A DNA stretch of 64,000 nt from Eledone cirrhosa (lineage: Eukaryota). Position 1 is the stretch's first letter. Each line of letters starts with the position of its first letter. Positions 38,601 to 53,600 of this stretch are shown here, in pieces. The notes beneath the pieces are model-generated. The model ran no database searches. It was not told the origin of the DNA and worked only from the letters and a program-made list of their open reading frames with translations. Both the position numbers and the translations under genes were made by a program. The stretch lies in assembly GCA_964016885.1 (NCBI GenBank), contig OZ024746.1, positions 18,476,001 to 18,540,000 of the forward strand, read 5' to 3'.

Positions 38601-41600
38601 CTTCATTTCACGTTGCTCCAATATACTCAGCTGAAAATGAGTACTAGCAATATCTGGAGGTTTAACTCTGCAATAGACTAGCATCCTCTCCAAGGGAAAG
38701 GCTTGTACTCTCAGTCACTTAATGCCAAGGAAACCAAGATAAACACTTTGGCTTAGAACAGACTTTAACTAACTTAAGAATAAATTTTATTTTTTAACAA
38801 TGCTGTGTTAATAAAGTTAGTCCCAGTGATTGATTTGATTCATTCATGATCAGTTTACAAACAAACATTTTTAGAATTGAGGTGTTTGCTCTAACATAGC
38901 TGTATGCATATAAGTATGAGTATTTTATATATTTAAGAAACATAAATGTAATAATCTACTTACATCAGGCAGTTTAGACCAGTTGAAAGACTTCAATGGC
39001 TGAGAAGAAGCTGGAGTGTTCTTTTTCCGAGTTGTTGTAGTGCTTTCAGTTGAAAGATTTCTCATTGAGGCTAGAATATAAGAATATGTAATATTGTTTT
39101 ATTATGTGTTTTAATTGAATATGGCTTTCAAAATGGTTAGAAGTTGGTTTAAAAAATCATTATGCAATGGAGATGTGCACCAAAAAACTATATTCTAAAC
39201 AACAATTTAAACATTTCAAATATCAAAATATTAAAACTTCAAAAATATATTTTTATACTCATGAGAATTTCAAAACTGCACCATCTAAACATAATATGTT
39301 GATTAGCTGTCTCGGCTTATAAATGGGGTTTAGATTTTTTCCCCATGTCTCAGAGATAAAATGGGAGGGGGTCGGCTTATATTTGAGAATATACGGTATA
39401 TAATATTGTGTTGAGTTTATTTACATTTTGTCAGTCAAAAATGTAAAAGTACTCAATAAAACTTTATATTAGAAGTGTGCAAAGCTTGCTGCACAAGCTA
39501 TGTTACCTCTCACACACACAAGGAAACACCAATGATGATAATTTTCACAGTATGAATAACAAGCTAGGTTTAAATGATTTACAATAAATATTTCTGTATT
39601 TTGGCTATTCAGAGTTCAAATCCTGCCAGAATTGATATTTTATCATCATAATCATCATCATTTAACATGTATTTTTTCTACGCTTGCATAGGTTAGACGG
39701 GTTGTCACATTATGAGACAAGTCAGGTCCAGAGACCATGTCTTGCTCATACGGATCTGTATTTTGGCATAGTTTCTACAGCTGGATGCCCTTCCTAATGC
39801 TAACCATATTACAGCATGGACTAGCTGCTTTTTATCTCAGCACAAAAACAACCATGTAAAAAGGTGGACTGGGTGCTTTTTGTCATGTCACCAGCACAAC
39901 CACCTTACAGGATGAACTGCGTGTTTTTTATCATGAAACCAAATTCTCAGTATCAATAATATTGATCTGTAATATACTAAGTCAACACCAACATCCCCCT
40001 GTCAAAAGAAATCATGAAATACAAACCCATTGGTGGTGGTGGTGGTGGACCTCCCATTGGAGGTGGCGGTGGTGGTGGTGGTACAGGTGGTGGTGGTAAG
40101 GATGATCCAGTTTGATTATTTGAATGATCTTTGGAAAGACTCTGAGGCAAAGATTGAGCGATGGTACGATTTGTGATGAGATTGCTGTTTGATTTGAAAC
40201 CTAATGAAGCAGATGAAAAGTCCATTTTGGCATCATCAGGTAAGCTTCCTGTTGAGACCATATATTGCAATTTCTTCTTTTCGGCACATTCATTCTCCAA
40301 CTGTTTGCAAGAGAATAAAGAAAGAAAAATAAATTAGAAGAACAACATTTTGGTAAGCTTTCTATAATTGAGCTGCCGCATGCGTAAACATTCAGAACTG
40401 TACAAGAAATAGCTGGGAATAAAATATATTTTACCTGAGCCTGTGTTAGCCAGGAATAAAATATATTTTACCTCAGACTATGTTAACCAGGAATAAAAAT
40501 GTAATATTTTTACCCCTGCCTATGTTAACCAGGATGAAAATGTGATATTTTACCTGAGCCTGTAGTTCATGGATCAAGGAACTCATATCTGAGATATTTT
40601 GTTTTGATTCTTGGTGGTTTGTGATTTCTTTTTCAAGTTTGGTCTTCATTTTGTTCACTGTTGATATTAGTTCCTCCTAGATAGAGAAAAAGAAATAAAC
40701 AGATATCTCAAACAATTTATATATTCCTAGAAACATACATCCATTTCATTATTGTTTTCAATAAGCAATCTCTTTTTACAATGAAATATTGAGTGTAGAT
40801 TTGTTGTATCATACAAAACCAGTTTTATAAGATAAGATAATTTGTTTGACTATTAAACCTTATTTTTGAGAGATGAACATTTAAAAAAAAAACATTTATA
40901 CACTGTAAATGTGGTTGGCATTAAGAAGGGCATCCTACTTCTAGCAAGTCTTTCTCATAAAATATTATCAGTTAAAACATTATATTTCAAAGCAGCTCTT
41001 TTACTCCTGTGCACTTATTGCATGAGTGACTGCTGGTCTTCCACAAAAAGAAAAAAAAAAACACCTTGTCTAAGCTTGTTGGGCTTTGGAGGAGGACTTT
41101 CTAGGTACAAACCCTGTACCAGAAGCACAGAACATATTTTGACCCCATAGTTGTTATTTCATGCATAGTATAACAGTCTCAACCAACACCTTTTCTGTAT
41201 ATCGAGCATAGCCACTTCCTAGATGACAGTAGAGTTGTGTTTTCTGTCCTGCTAACTATAAACATGTCTGACCATAAAACCTTTTCTTTCTAGAATCTTC
41301 TTTCAGGTTTGGAACTATTCTTCTAGTTCTTCAACTAATTCGGTGACAAGAACTTGGTAACTATCATACAAGAATTACCATGGAAGGCAGCTAGTCTTGA
41401 ATGTTTCTACAATGGCCTGGAGAAATGTAATAAACAGGATAATAAACAAGCTCAGAACTACATTCTGCTGAACACCTACTGGTACAGCAAAATCTCTATA
41501 ACCAGTTTTATAAGTCTGACACCCCATAATATCCAATCAATATATCCAGTGTTATACATCTGATGTCTTATACTGTATATACTTGAATATAAGCCACGGA

Positions 41601-44600
41601 ATATGTGACCAAAATATTGATGGCAAAATGGGGGAGTTGGCTTATATACACCATCTAAACAATGTGTTGATTAGCTGCCTCTGCTTATAAATGGGGTTTG
41701 GATTTTTACCCATTTCTCAGACATAAAACAGAGGAAGTGACTTATATTTGAGTATATATGGTAACTTATATACATTCAATATCCGGTCACAACAAATAAT
41801 ACGTCAGCAACACATTCGCTATTTCAATCCATCAGTTATAAACTATATTTTTCTCAAACCTTTTCTTGTGTCTTTGCATCACATTCACGTTCTTTCTTTT
41901 GCATTTTTAAGTTCAAATCATCATTGGCTTTCTCAATTTCCCGCATCTTCTGTTGAAAGGATTTTATGTCATTTTCACAGGCAATCCTGGCAGAAAAATA
42001 AAATATGATAATTAGAGAAAGCATACAAACCTACCGTATATACTTGAATCTAAGCTGAAGAATATGTGATCAAAAATTCAATGGCAAAGGAGGGGGGGCT
42101 TATGTGTTGATTAGCTGCTTATAAATAGGGCTTGGACTTTTGCCCATTTCTCAGACATAAAATAAGGGGGTCAGCTTATATTTGAGTATATACGGTATAC
42201 AATGAACAGTCTCTAGAAATGATCCCCCTCAACTAACTCAGCTAATCAAGTTGATAGACTCTCAGCCTACTAGCTGGAGAGTCATCATCATTTCATCATT
42301 TCATTTTACGTCCGCTTTTCCCTGCTTGCAAGGGTGGGACGGGAACTGATTCTGGCTTGATTTCTACAGCTGGATGCCCTTCCTAACACCAACCTAATTT
42401 ACAGTGAGTGCTGGGTGCTTTTTTGCCGTGGCACCTCCACGACCACTTTGCAGTGGAATGATAGGGCACCCAGTCCCTATCATCTCATTTCTACAGCTGA
42501 GTAAACTGGAGCAATGTGAAATAAAGTGTCTTGCTCAAGGAAACAACACATCACCAAGTCTGAGAATTGAACTCACAACCTTTCGATTGCAAGGCCAATG
42601 CTCTAACCACTAAGCCATGTGCCTCCAATTCCACTGTTGTTTTCCTCCCCTTAATTCTCTCTTAATTTGTACTTCCACATTTTGTAGACATCATTATCAA
42701 TGTTAGAGAAGTATCATAATTTTACAACCATTTTTTTTTTTAATGCTGGAAACAGCTCTTCTTCAGTTGTCTTTATCAACTTTAACTTCTTACTTATTAA
42801 TCTGGCACCATTAACTCAGTACTTAGATTGTAGAAAACCATAATTAAAAAGACATGAACATGTCTATAAGTGAAGGCAGATGGCTTAGTGGTTAGAGCAT
42901 TGGGCTTGCAATCGAAAGGTTGTGAGTTCAATTCTCGGACCAGGTGATGTGTTGTTTCCTTGAGCCACACACTTTATTTCATGTTGCTCCAGTTTACTCA
43001 GCTGTAGAAATGAGATGATATGACTGGGGTTCCTATCATTAAATCCCCCAAGACCCCTCCAACGAGATATATCTTGGAGGAGGCCAGCTAAACCTGCATA
43101 GAGCTGTCCTTCATATAATTTATATTTATTAAATATTGATTAAATTCTAAAACAAAGACAGAAAAGTATTTTATGTTAAGTAAATGAGATAACTTACTGT
43201 CGGATTATATGAGTAAAGTTAATCTCTACTGGAGCTAGCTCAGGATCTTTACCATTCTTTTCTTGCAGTACCATTTGTTGAACAATTCTGTCAATAATCA
43301 ACCATTGGCTGGCACATTTACTAGAGTTGGTGTCTGGAAAAAGAAAAAAAAAAAACAGTTTTGAAAATGAATGACAAAGATAGCTAGCTAATAGAATGGT
43401 AATAAATTAAAAATTATTTTAAAATAAAACACAGCACATCGGCTGTTTGAAGCATTATTTAAAAAAGATATACAACAAATCTTATGAGCAACTTTTCAAA
43501 TGAGAAAGGATTTACTGTATAAACTTGAGTATATACAGTATAATCTGACCCCTGCCCTATATTTTATGTCTGAAAAACAGGTGAAAATCCAAACCTCATT
43601 TATAAACAAGGGGCAGCTAATAAACACATTGTTTAGATAGCATATATAAGCCAACCTTGCCATTTTACCATCAATTTTTTGGTCACATATTCCTCGGCTT
43701 ATTTTAAAATATATAGTTTGTGAAACAAAATTTAGACAATTAGTTTATATAATTTTGAGTAAATTTGAACTCTTTTTAATAAAGGCAACCCCATCAGTAA
43801 ACAGTGGGTTTGCTGATGGGGGTCCTCAGTTGTTATAGTTTTAAGGGAAATTTGGTTCATAATAATTATAAGGGAGCACTTACAGGGCATTAGCAGCATA
43901 TGTTGTAAAATAGACAGGAAATTTGAATATGCTAATGATGATGTTAATTTCTTTCGCAGCAGCTCAAACATGCTTGTTGCACTTCTGGTGTCAATATGAA
44001 CCTGTAAAGAAATAGAAAGAGATAGATCAAAGAAGAGAGAAAAGGACAGGTAAAGAAAGAATATACATATTTCAAATAAATGTCAATATAATCAAAGTTA
44101 AAAGCTTTAATGTTTATGATTGGCAAACTTTAAGAGAATCAGCTTGAAAGGTTCAATAATGTCCTGATAATTACTGTATATATTTGAATATAATCCCACC
44201 CCTCTAATTTATGTCTGAGAGATGAGCAAAAATCCAAACCTTATTCACATAGAATTAGAAGTTGATGAAAATTATCAAAATGTTGACTCATTCCCTCTAC
44301 CATTGACTTTTTGGTTACATATTCCTCAGTTTATATTCAGAATAAACTTGAAAGTGTCCATAGTTTCCCAGTAATTATATGTTTAGAATATAAATGTTTA
44401 TGATTGGCAAACTTTAAGAGAACAAGTTTGAAAGCTTCTCAATAATTATATGTACTTTAAAAGCTTCCATAATGAACAAACTTTAAGAGAATAAGCTTGA
44501 AAGGTTCAATAGTTTCCCAATAATCATATGTTTAGAATATATTATATATTCATCATATAAAAAGAATCAGTTTTATTTTGCTATATATGAAAATTCTGTG

Positions 44601-47600
44601 ATTTTTGTTGATGTTTTAGGTTTACAACTGTTACAAGTGTTTTCTAAGAATTAAAAAATAATTGTTATACTTTAATAGTGCAACAAAATAGAACAGAACA
44701 AATATTTTCAAACACACAAAAGCCACAAATAAACTATAGATTAGCGATGGCTCCTAGCAAAATAAAAGTGACTATATATAATTTCTGCTCTTTTTTCAAT
44801 AAATTACTTCACTTTGCAATAATTATACTAACAATGTAAACTTTTGGGGATTAAGCACAAGGGCTGCTTTTTAGGGAAATAAATACAGATCAACTTTATA
44901 GATCCTAGATACAAATCAATTGTTTATTTTATAGATCCTGGACACAAATCAATTGATTTCATTATAGATCCTGGATACAGATCAATTGTTTATTTTATAG
45001 ATCCTGAATATAGATCAACTGTTTATTTTATAGATCCTGGATATAGGTCAACTTTATTTTATAGATCCTGGATACAGATCAATTGTTTATTTTATAGATC
45101 CTGGATACAGATCAATTGTTTATTTTATAGATCCTGGATATAGATCAACTGTTTATTTTATAGAACCTGGATGAATAAAAAGCCCTTGATGGGATTTGAA
45201 TGTAAAGGGACAAAAATATATACTGTAGGATTATCCACTGCCTTAATTACTCAGGAAAAAAAAATCCCCATGAAAAGTGGACTGTACTAAATATTTTTTT
45301 AAAAACTTTTTTATTAAGAGAGAGATAAAAAAAAACTAAAAAAGAAAACACATTGATGACAAAAAAAACCTTACTGATTCAAATCTTTTCCCCAGTTCAA
45401 GTTCATCTGCATTTCTGACCATCTCAAAAAAATCAAGATGTCTGAAAATTGAAAGAAAAATTTAACAGAATAACATAGATACTGATTTCTAACATTGGTA
45501 GAAAACACTCCAAATTTGCAGGGGCAGGGGAGGGGGTACAGTGAAAGGAATCAGTTTCAGTATATTATCCGTGGAACTTTTTTTGGGTCCCAGTAGGATG
45601 AAAGGTAAAGTGGGATTTGAAGTTACAAGACAAAAAGTTATAACTTAATTTGACAAGGTATTTACTTTCGTGTTCTACTAAATCTTACACTAACCAGAAA
45701 AAAAAAAAAATTCACTTTTGCAACAAGTCATCTCGTTATACTAATCATTTATGGAAGATTAATTTGAGAACAAACTTCTGTTCGGTTTAGATTTTTCTCT
45801 CTACAAAATCATTTCTTCTTAAGAAGAATTTTATACGATAATCACACCTAGTACATGCTGTAAAGTGATAGGTGATAGGAAGGGTGTTCAGCCACAGAAA
45901 GCTTGCCAAACAAAGATTTGGGAGATATGTTGAAAAATAAACCTCAATTGGTCATTCGATGAGAATATCTTGGTCAGCCTATGAATTTTTCAACCGACCC
46001 TCGTACAGCATCACACTTTCTAAATATATAGATTGCCCTCTTATATGGTAGATAAATCTATTATTTTCTCTTCAAAGCTTCAATGAGATTTATTCCCTCC
46101 TCGATGATATTTTACATAATCCATTCATTAACTCATCTTATGTATGATATGGTCCTGTGATTCCTGAGGGAGTCGTAGAGGCACCATAGTGGCATACAGC
46201 ATGCCTTGGGCATTTTTAAACCTGGCGGAGCCCATCCCGTCAACAGGTCTGACTGACTACAGCAGATTTCTTCCAGAGAAGATAGAGTGAGAGAGTCGAA
46301 GTGAGAAAGAGATATAAAGGAAGAATCGACCCCAGTATTAGACTGGTACTTTTTTTTTTATCACTCTCAAAAGGATGAAAGGAAAAGTCGATCTCAGTGG
46401 TATTTGAACTCAGAGAGCAAAGAGACAGAATGAATACCTCAAAGCATTCTATCTGACATTCTAACGACTGCCAATTTGCTGCATTTTAATCATCTTAATT
46501 AAACGGTCACTAATTTTACCTGTCAAGGACTGCATTTTCATGGGAGCGAAGTTTATCAATGATGGGTTGAATACCAAGCATCAAAAATTCATATCGAAGA
46601 TGAAGTCGAAATTCAAGTTGAGTCTAAAAAGAAGAAAGGTAACAACGACAAAATTAATATTAATATATGAGCCATTGGCTGCTAAATTTTAGTTATTAAA
46701 GATGAAGTTTACAGATAGATCACTGGGAGAACTTGAAATTAAGTCTTATTTTTAAATTTAAATTTCATATTTTAGATATGGTTCATAAACAATATTAATT
46801 AAAAAACTTTTATGGGGGCAGAAATGGTTGACAAGATCATAAATTGGAGCTGATTAATCATTAAAAAAAATGAATCTTTTTAGTTATTGATAGTAATCAA
46901 AATGGTAGAAAAAAATTTATTTAAATTTACAAAAAAATAATTTTGCAAAATTTCAAGAGTTAATAGAATAGAGTCGATGGACAAAATCCCATTGGTCTTT
47001 CCATTGATGATACTATCTACCGATCACAACTCCTGGTAGAAAAAGCAATGCGAAATAAAATGTCCTGCTCAAAGAAATAACGCATCATCCAGCCTGGGAA
47101 TCGAACTCACAACCTCGTAATTGAGAATCCAGTTCTCTAAGCACTAAGCAATGCACCATCACACATGGTAAATAATATTCTACAAATATTTTAAAACCTC
47201 TAAGTGTAGTTAGTTCTTCAGGTGTAATTTTTAAATAAAATTCTTTGCAAACTAAAAATATTTTACCTGGCCAGCACCATAATTCAATATAGCATTTATA
47301 AATGACATGATGGCAGTCTTCAGTCCAACTTCTTCCTTGTAGGCACCGGTACTTCGATCCAAATTATAAATAATGGTCTACAAGAAGAAAAGAAATGTTA
47401 CATATAAAACTGGATAGGATTGTATATGGCAGCATAAAGAGGCAATATATATATTCTTTTATTGGTTTCAGACTGTGGCCATGCTGGGGCACCTCCTTAA
47501 TACACAGAAAATATATAGACAAAATAAGATAAAAGAAAAAATGGATAATGGTTTGGTTTATTTTCATATTCATAGATGAAAAGTTTGAGAAACCTAGTTC

Positions 47601-50600
47601 CTGAATTTTATTATTTTCTTCAACAGATCTACAACCAGACAGACTACTTAGATGCTCATTAAAAGTATTTGTTAGATTTCCGTAACAGAGAAAAATAATT
47701 TTTTCCAATTTATTTCAAGCGTTGTTTACACCTATTGACTATCAAGGTGTGTCTACAATATGCTCTTTTGGTAGCTAAGTACCTTAATTATTGTTGCTCA
47801 TGGAAAGAACCTCATTCCCAGCTGTACCAGACTAATTTATGGCTGGCCACTTTAGACTGCCAACAAAAGCTATCCTGATCTCAATATCATTTCTTTTGTT
47901 AACTAAGTGATGGAGAGCCATTGGTGGCTAAACACAGATTAAGGAAAATAGCACTGAAATTGCACACCTGCCTAAACACCTGACACTCATCTTTCAGATA
48001 ACCATAAAATAGCTAAAAATACCAATCCAGTTTATTAATCCTGCCATCATACTGCTTCTCACCCATGATAATAGATCTGAAGGAGTTCTTTTTTCACTCT
48101 TTGACAATGACTTATCTGACTTTAATAGAAAGTGCTCCTAGTCCAAGTGCACCCATGGCATGTACCATGCTTGCCATGCCCTAGTTACACCTCTGGCTAA
48201 ACCTCTTTCCAGCAAAATGGAAAAGCAAAGTTTCTTAGCCATAGTGAAAGCAACCTGTCTCGGAAGTTGAGCACTCCAAACAACACCAAAAAGGCTTTGC
48301 TTTAACCACACAGACGAGACATGGATGCTCTTAGTTGAAGTAAAGGCAAACAGTCTAGTATAGTAACTTTCAATTAAAAATAAAAATGATACAAGCTTAA
48401 AAAGATTCTTTAGTCCTGTTACAGACAATTTCTATATTGCTGGTAGTACAATAAAATGCACCCAGTCTATGCTGTAAAGGCAACCAGACTACAACAGCAA
48501 CAAAAAAAAACAACAACTGATACAGGATCAAGAGGGTTCTTTAGTTCTATTGCAGGCAGCCTCTCTAGTATTGGAGGCATGGAAAAGTACACCCATTGAA
48601 TATTGTGGGAAGTGCATCTAGCTTTAAAACTTATGCCAAGAGGAAGGAACAATAAAGATGTGAATTACAAAAACAATTGGCAGTTTTTCTTCACCAAATT
48701 ATGGCAAATAAAAATGTCAAGTGGTGAAATGGTGTGATACTCAAAGCATGTAAGTATGGAACAAAATGAATATGAAATGTTGATGGACAATGAGGATGAT
48801 TCAAAGTTAAATATTTCAAAAACTATTCTTAGTAGCAACAAATTAAGTGACAAATTTGCATTTAGTTTGAAAGGTCAAGGTTAGATTTATATTATATACT
48901 TGAGATATGACGACCAATTCTACTTCCCTCTTGCAACAGAGATGACAAATAACCATGAAGGCTAGCACTATGTTGTGCTAGTGAAGACGTGCCCACTAGC
49001 CTGATATTTGACCCATCAATGTATCACCTCACCCTAACTACCACTCTTTAGGAGCATCCCCACTATCACAGCTCTTCCATCCCTTCATGGACAACCTCTC
49101 TAGTGACAGTGCCATGATCAATGCACCCAGTAGCCCCTGTAAGGTGGCTGGTGATAAGAAAGGCACCCCGCTGCAGAAACCTTGCCAAAAAAGGTTGAGG
49201 ACTCTTGTTGTCCCAGAGACATGATAGCTTTTCTAGTGTTGGTGATCTACATGACAAACAGCCCCCAGTATACTTCTGTAAAGTGGTTGGCGATAGGAAG
49301 GGCATCCAGCTGTAGAAAACTCGCCAAACAAAGGGCCAGGAAAATTCTTCAGAAATGTCAAGGACATGACATCTTCCCTAGTGTTGGTACCATGATAAAA
49401 TACACATGGATGTTAAATGGTGGCAGTGGCGACTACAGAAACATAAAACTGATGGATCAAGTTATAAAAGAGTATTAGTACAACTAATTAAGGAAAGTGT
49501 CAAATTAGATTAGATGCAGATTGTTTTTGTGCCAGTAAAGAGCACCACAGCTGCCCTCATTGAGACGACTACTTGAAAAGTCCCTAGCAAAGTAAGAGTA
49601 GGTAATGAGTTTAGTAAAGAATCCAATGTGTAGGTAGGGGTTGATTAGGACTCAGTCTACAATCCGCTGTCATGATGTGATTGTGGAATTGTTAATTGAT
49701 GTTGTTTAGCTAGAAAATTGTGTACAGAAACCAGCCGACCAGATATGCCCACAACAGGACAACCCGTCTAACCCATGCTAGCATGGAAGAATGGACGTAA
49801 AACGATGATGATGATGAGTCAGGATTTTAACTTACTTGGAAACGTGCTCTCTCCCAGGCATGCTTCTGATAATGCAACATTGCTTCCAAAACTTTTCGGT
49901 GTCCTCCAGGTACCAAACACATAGCCCCAAGGATTTCTAAGGCAGCTATTTTTGTTTTGATATTTTCTGAACTAAGACTCTGAGCAATGATGTTGATACT
50001 GTTTGGGTGGGCCAATACGTGAGCTCTGCTTTGCTGGAAGAAAAATAAATATGGAAGATGAATAAAAACATTCCAATCCAATGATTTCAGTTAATGAGAA
50101 TGCATTCTTTCTACAGCTTGTTGATGAGAAAATTATTATACAAGAGTCAGCTGAAACGCTCATAGGCTGACCAAGATACTCTCATGGAATGACCAAATGA
50201 GGTTTATTTTTCAACATAGTCTCTGGAAAGAAACAATGCAGTTATTAATAATAAGAATTGAAATTAGTGCATGCAAGATTTCACAGCTCTAGCTCCTTCA
50301 GAGTCAGCCTATGAACTTTTCAGCTGACCCTTGTATTTGAGGAGTTGGTTACAGTGTCCTGAACCTGTGTTTGATCAAGATGGCGTATTAATAGATTATT
50401 TTGTTATTACTTGCAAACCAGTCACATAGAGTAAATTTTCTGCTTATTGGCATGCACCATATTGATATACAGTCTCTTCAGTATTTTTTTTTTATTAATC
50501 TGGCAGAGCTCATCTCCTTTCCAGGTCTGAATAGTGGATTTCTTCCAGAGAAGGATAGAGAGTGAGAGAATGGAAGTGAGAAAGAGATATAGAGGAAGAA

Positions 50601-53600
50601 TTGACCCCAGTACATTTTTATTGACCCCTAGGACATTTTTATTGACCTCAAAAGGATGAAAGGCAAAGCTGACCTCAGCAGGATTTGAACTGAGAGTAGG
50701 AAGTTGGAATGAATACCACAAAGCATTCTATCCAATGTTCTAATGACATGTAAACTCAGTCAATGATCAGAACAACTGACTTCTAGTAAGAAATTACATA
50801 CTTTTCAATTCAACCCAACTTCACTTACATGTTCATAAATGAAAAGTGGAAAAACAGCAGAGGTTATTAAATATAAACTTTAATATAACTAATGTACAAT
50901 ACCAACATTACTTATACTCTCTCCAATAAAGTAATATAGTTAATACTCTATCCAATAAAGTAATATAGTTAATACTCTATCCAATAAATTTTACCAAGAA
51001 AAACTAAATAATACATTTTAAAAGAAGTCATGTGTTTTACATTTAATAACAACACTAGACAAGCCTTATTTTGGTTGACAAACAAGTTTCACTTCCACTT
51101 CAGTTGGGTGGTTAATTAACAGTAGCAAAAGTAATAAACCTGCTCTAACAATGTACAAATATTTAAATTTTTAAACCTCATGCTAGTATAGAAAAAAAAA
51201 GGTGTGAGATAGGTGCAAAACAAGATGGGATGTAGAGCTTTCATGATATGTGACTAGGAAATAAGGTCAATGTTTGTAAAAAAAAAAAATATAGTTGATT
51301 GAAGTGACCTCATTATAATAATTTCTTTACAGACACCTCTCATTACTCCACTGCCTCATCTTGTGTCCACCTCATCCCCACTCCCCACATTAACCATTGA
51401 GAAAATGTTGACCCTCTGAGGAAAGCTTTCCCTACAACTGTACAAAAGAACATTAACTTCAATCTCATCAGTCACAGAAGACCAGCAAAGACAATGGGCA
51501 CAGTTCCTTGCTTCAGATAAAATAACTAATGTAAGCATGTAAATAACTTGCTCAAGGACTCACTACAACTGCACTAAGATCTATATTTACATATAACCAT
51601 TAGTTTATACACTTTCACTTTACAATCCTCATTCTTTGTAATATATAAACAATAAATAATAACAAATAAATAGTAGGAATCAATTGACAAAATCCCAGAC
51701 CTCATTCGTTTACTGAGTCGGGTGGAACTTGCCAAGTCAGACCAAGGAATCAATGTTTCCATTGGTCTTTCCATTACTGATACTATCTACCGGTTACAAC
51801 TCTTGGCAGAAAGAGCAACGTGAAAAAGTGTTATGCTCAAGGGCATAACACACCACCTGGTCTGGGAATTGAACTCACAACCTCACTATTGTGAATCCAA
51901 TTCTCTAATCACTAAGCCACATGCCTTCATGAAATAAATAGTAATCCATTAACAAAAAAACAAAACAACAAAATTATTTTCTCAAAATCTGGAATTAATT
52001 TCAATTTGCACAAATGACTTTTATTCCAGTTCCCTGCTGATTAAGTAAATTACGATTATTACTTTTTTGAGAATATTCTTAGTTTTATTATTCCATTTTT
52101 ATGGGGAAGGGGGAGGATGGGGACATTTGAAATCATAAATACAAGGCTTTTGTCATAATAGAGTGTTTTTCAAAACATCTGGCGTTCATTGACTATATGT
52201 TATCTCATTATTTTACTTAATAGTTTTCCTGTTTGCTATTTGGTGAACAAATAGTTAATTAGCCTTACACTTTGCTGTTAGCAATGCTAAGAAATAGACA
52301 GAAGAATAAAGATACAATCTTAGTGATGTGTCAGAAATTTTACAGGCTGATACCTATGGTTAAAAGACAAACAATCAAAATCTAATGTAGATTTTTGCCA
52401 GATTAAAAAAAGACAATGTTTGCTTTTTATTCTGCAACAGAAGAAATCATCAGATTTAAGGAATATCTTATTCAAAATGTCAACTTTACAAGTGGAAGTG
52501 TGGCAAAGTAGAAAAAAAGAGATTTGCAAATCAAGGTAAAGTTTTCAAGTAAGTATAGAATACATATTGAAATTAATTTTAAAACTAAATCAATGAGATA
52601 TCTGACTTCATGTCGATCCCAAGACATGCTTGAGAAAACATTTATTGTGTAGAATATACATACACAAAAACACTGAGCATGTGTAGTGTGAATACTTAAC
52701 ACTGCTTTCAAATACCAAAATTACACAAAACTACAAATGGCTATCAAAGACATGCTTTGTTAAAGGCTCCTATCACATAGCAACACCAGAAAGAATTCCA
52801 ATGTTAAAGAAGATTTCTTTTTTTCAATGTAAATAACCATTTCTGTATGAGCAAGACATAATCATCTGATCTGACTTGTCTCATAATAGGACAACTCGTC
52901 TAACCCATGCTAACATAGAAAAATGGATGTTAAATGGTGTTATGATGATGATGATTATAAGTTTTTATAAGTTATTTTCTAGCATCTCTCTGCCTGAGCA
53001 CACCACTCTTTACATTAAGTACATTGGTATTTTTCTGTCATTTGTTATGTATTTAAATCAAACAGACTGTATTTAAACACATGACTCAGCAAATGGTAAC
53101 TTAATGTTTTTCCTTTTTCTTCTCTTTTTACCACCATTATTTTTTTTATTTCTTGTCTTTTAAAATACCAAACATGATGCTATTGTTTGAAGGAATATTT
53201 TCACTGTTGCAATTGTCATAATTATTTGCCTTCTTTCATTTTCAACGCTTAGTTTAATACCCTTAATATTTAAATGTGTTGAGGGTGGTGGGTTGGTGTG
53301 GTACATAGTTATGTTCCTTTATGTTCTGAGTTCAAATCCCACCAAGATTAGCTTTGCCTTTGATCCTTACGGGATCGATAAAATAAAGTACCAGTAATAC
53401 ACTGAGGCCAATTTAATTGACTTTCCCCTCCCCACAAAATAGTTGGCCATGTGCCTAAATTATAAGCCAATATTTGAATGCATTGATAAATTTAGTATAT
53501 GACTACTGAGATACATTTTATAATTAATAACGACACTATATCAAACCCCATTTGGTATCATTGATGATTGCTATTTCAAATGTTTATATTGTTGTAGTTG

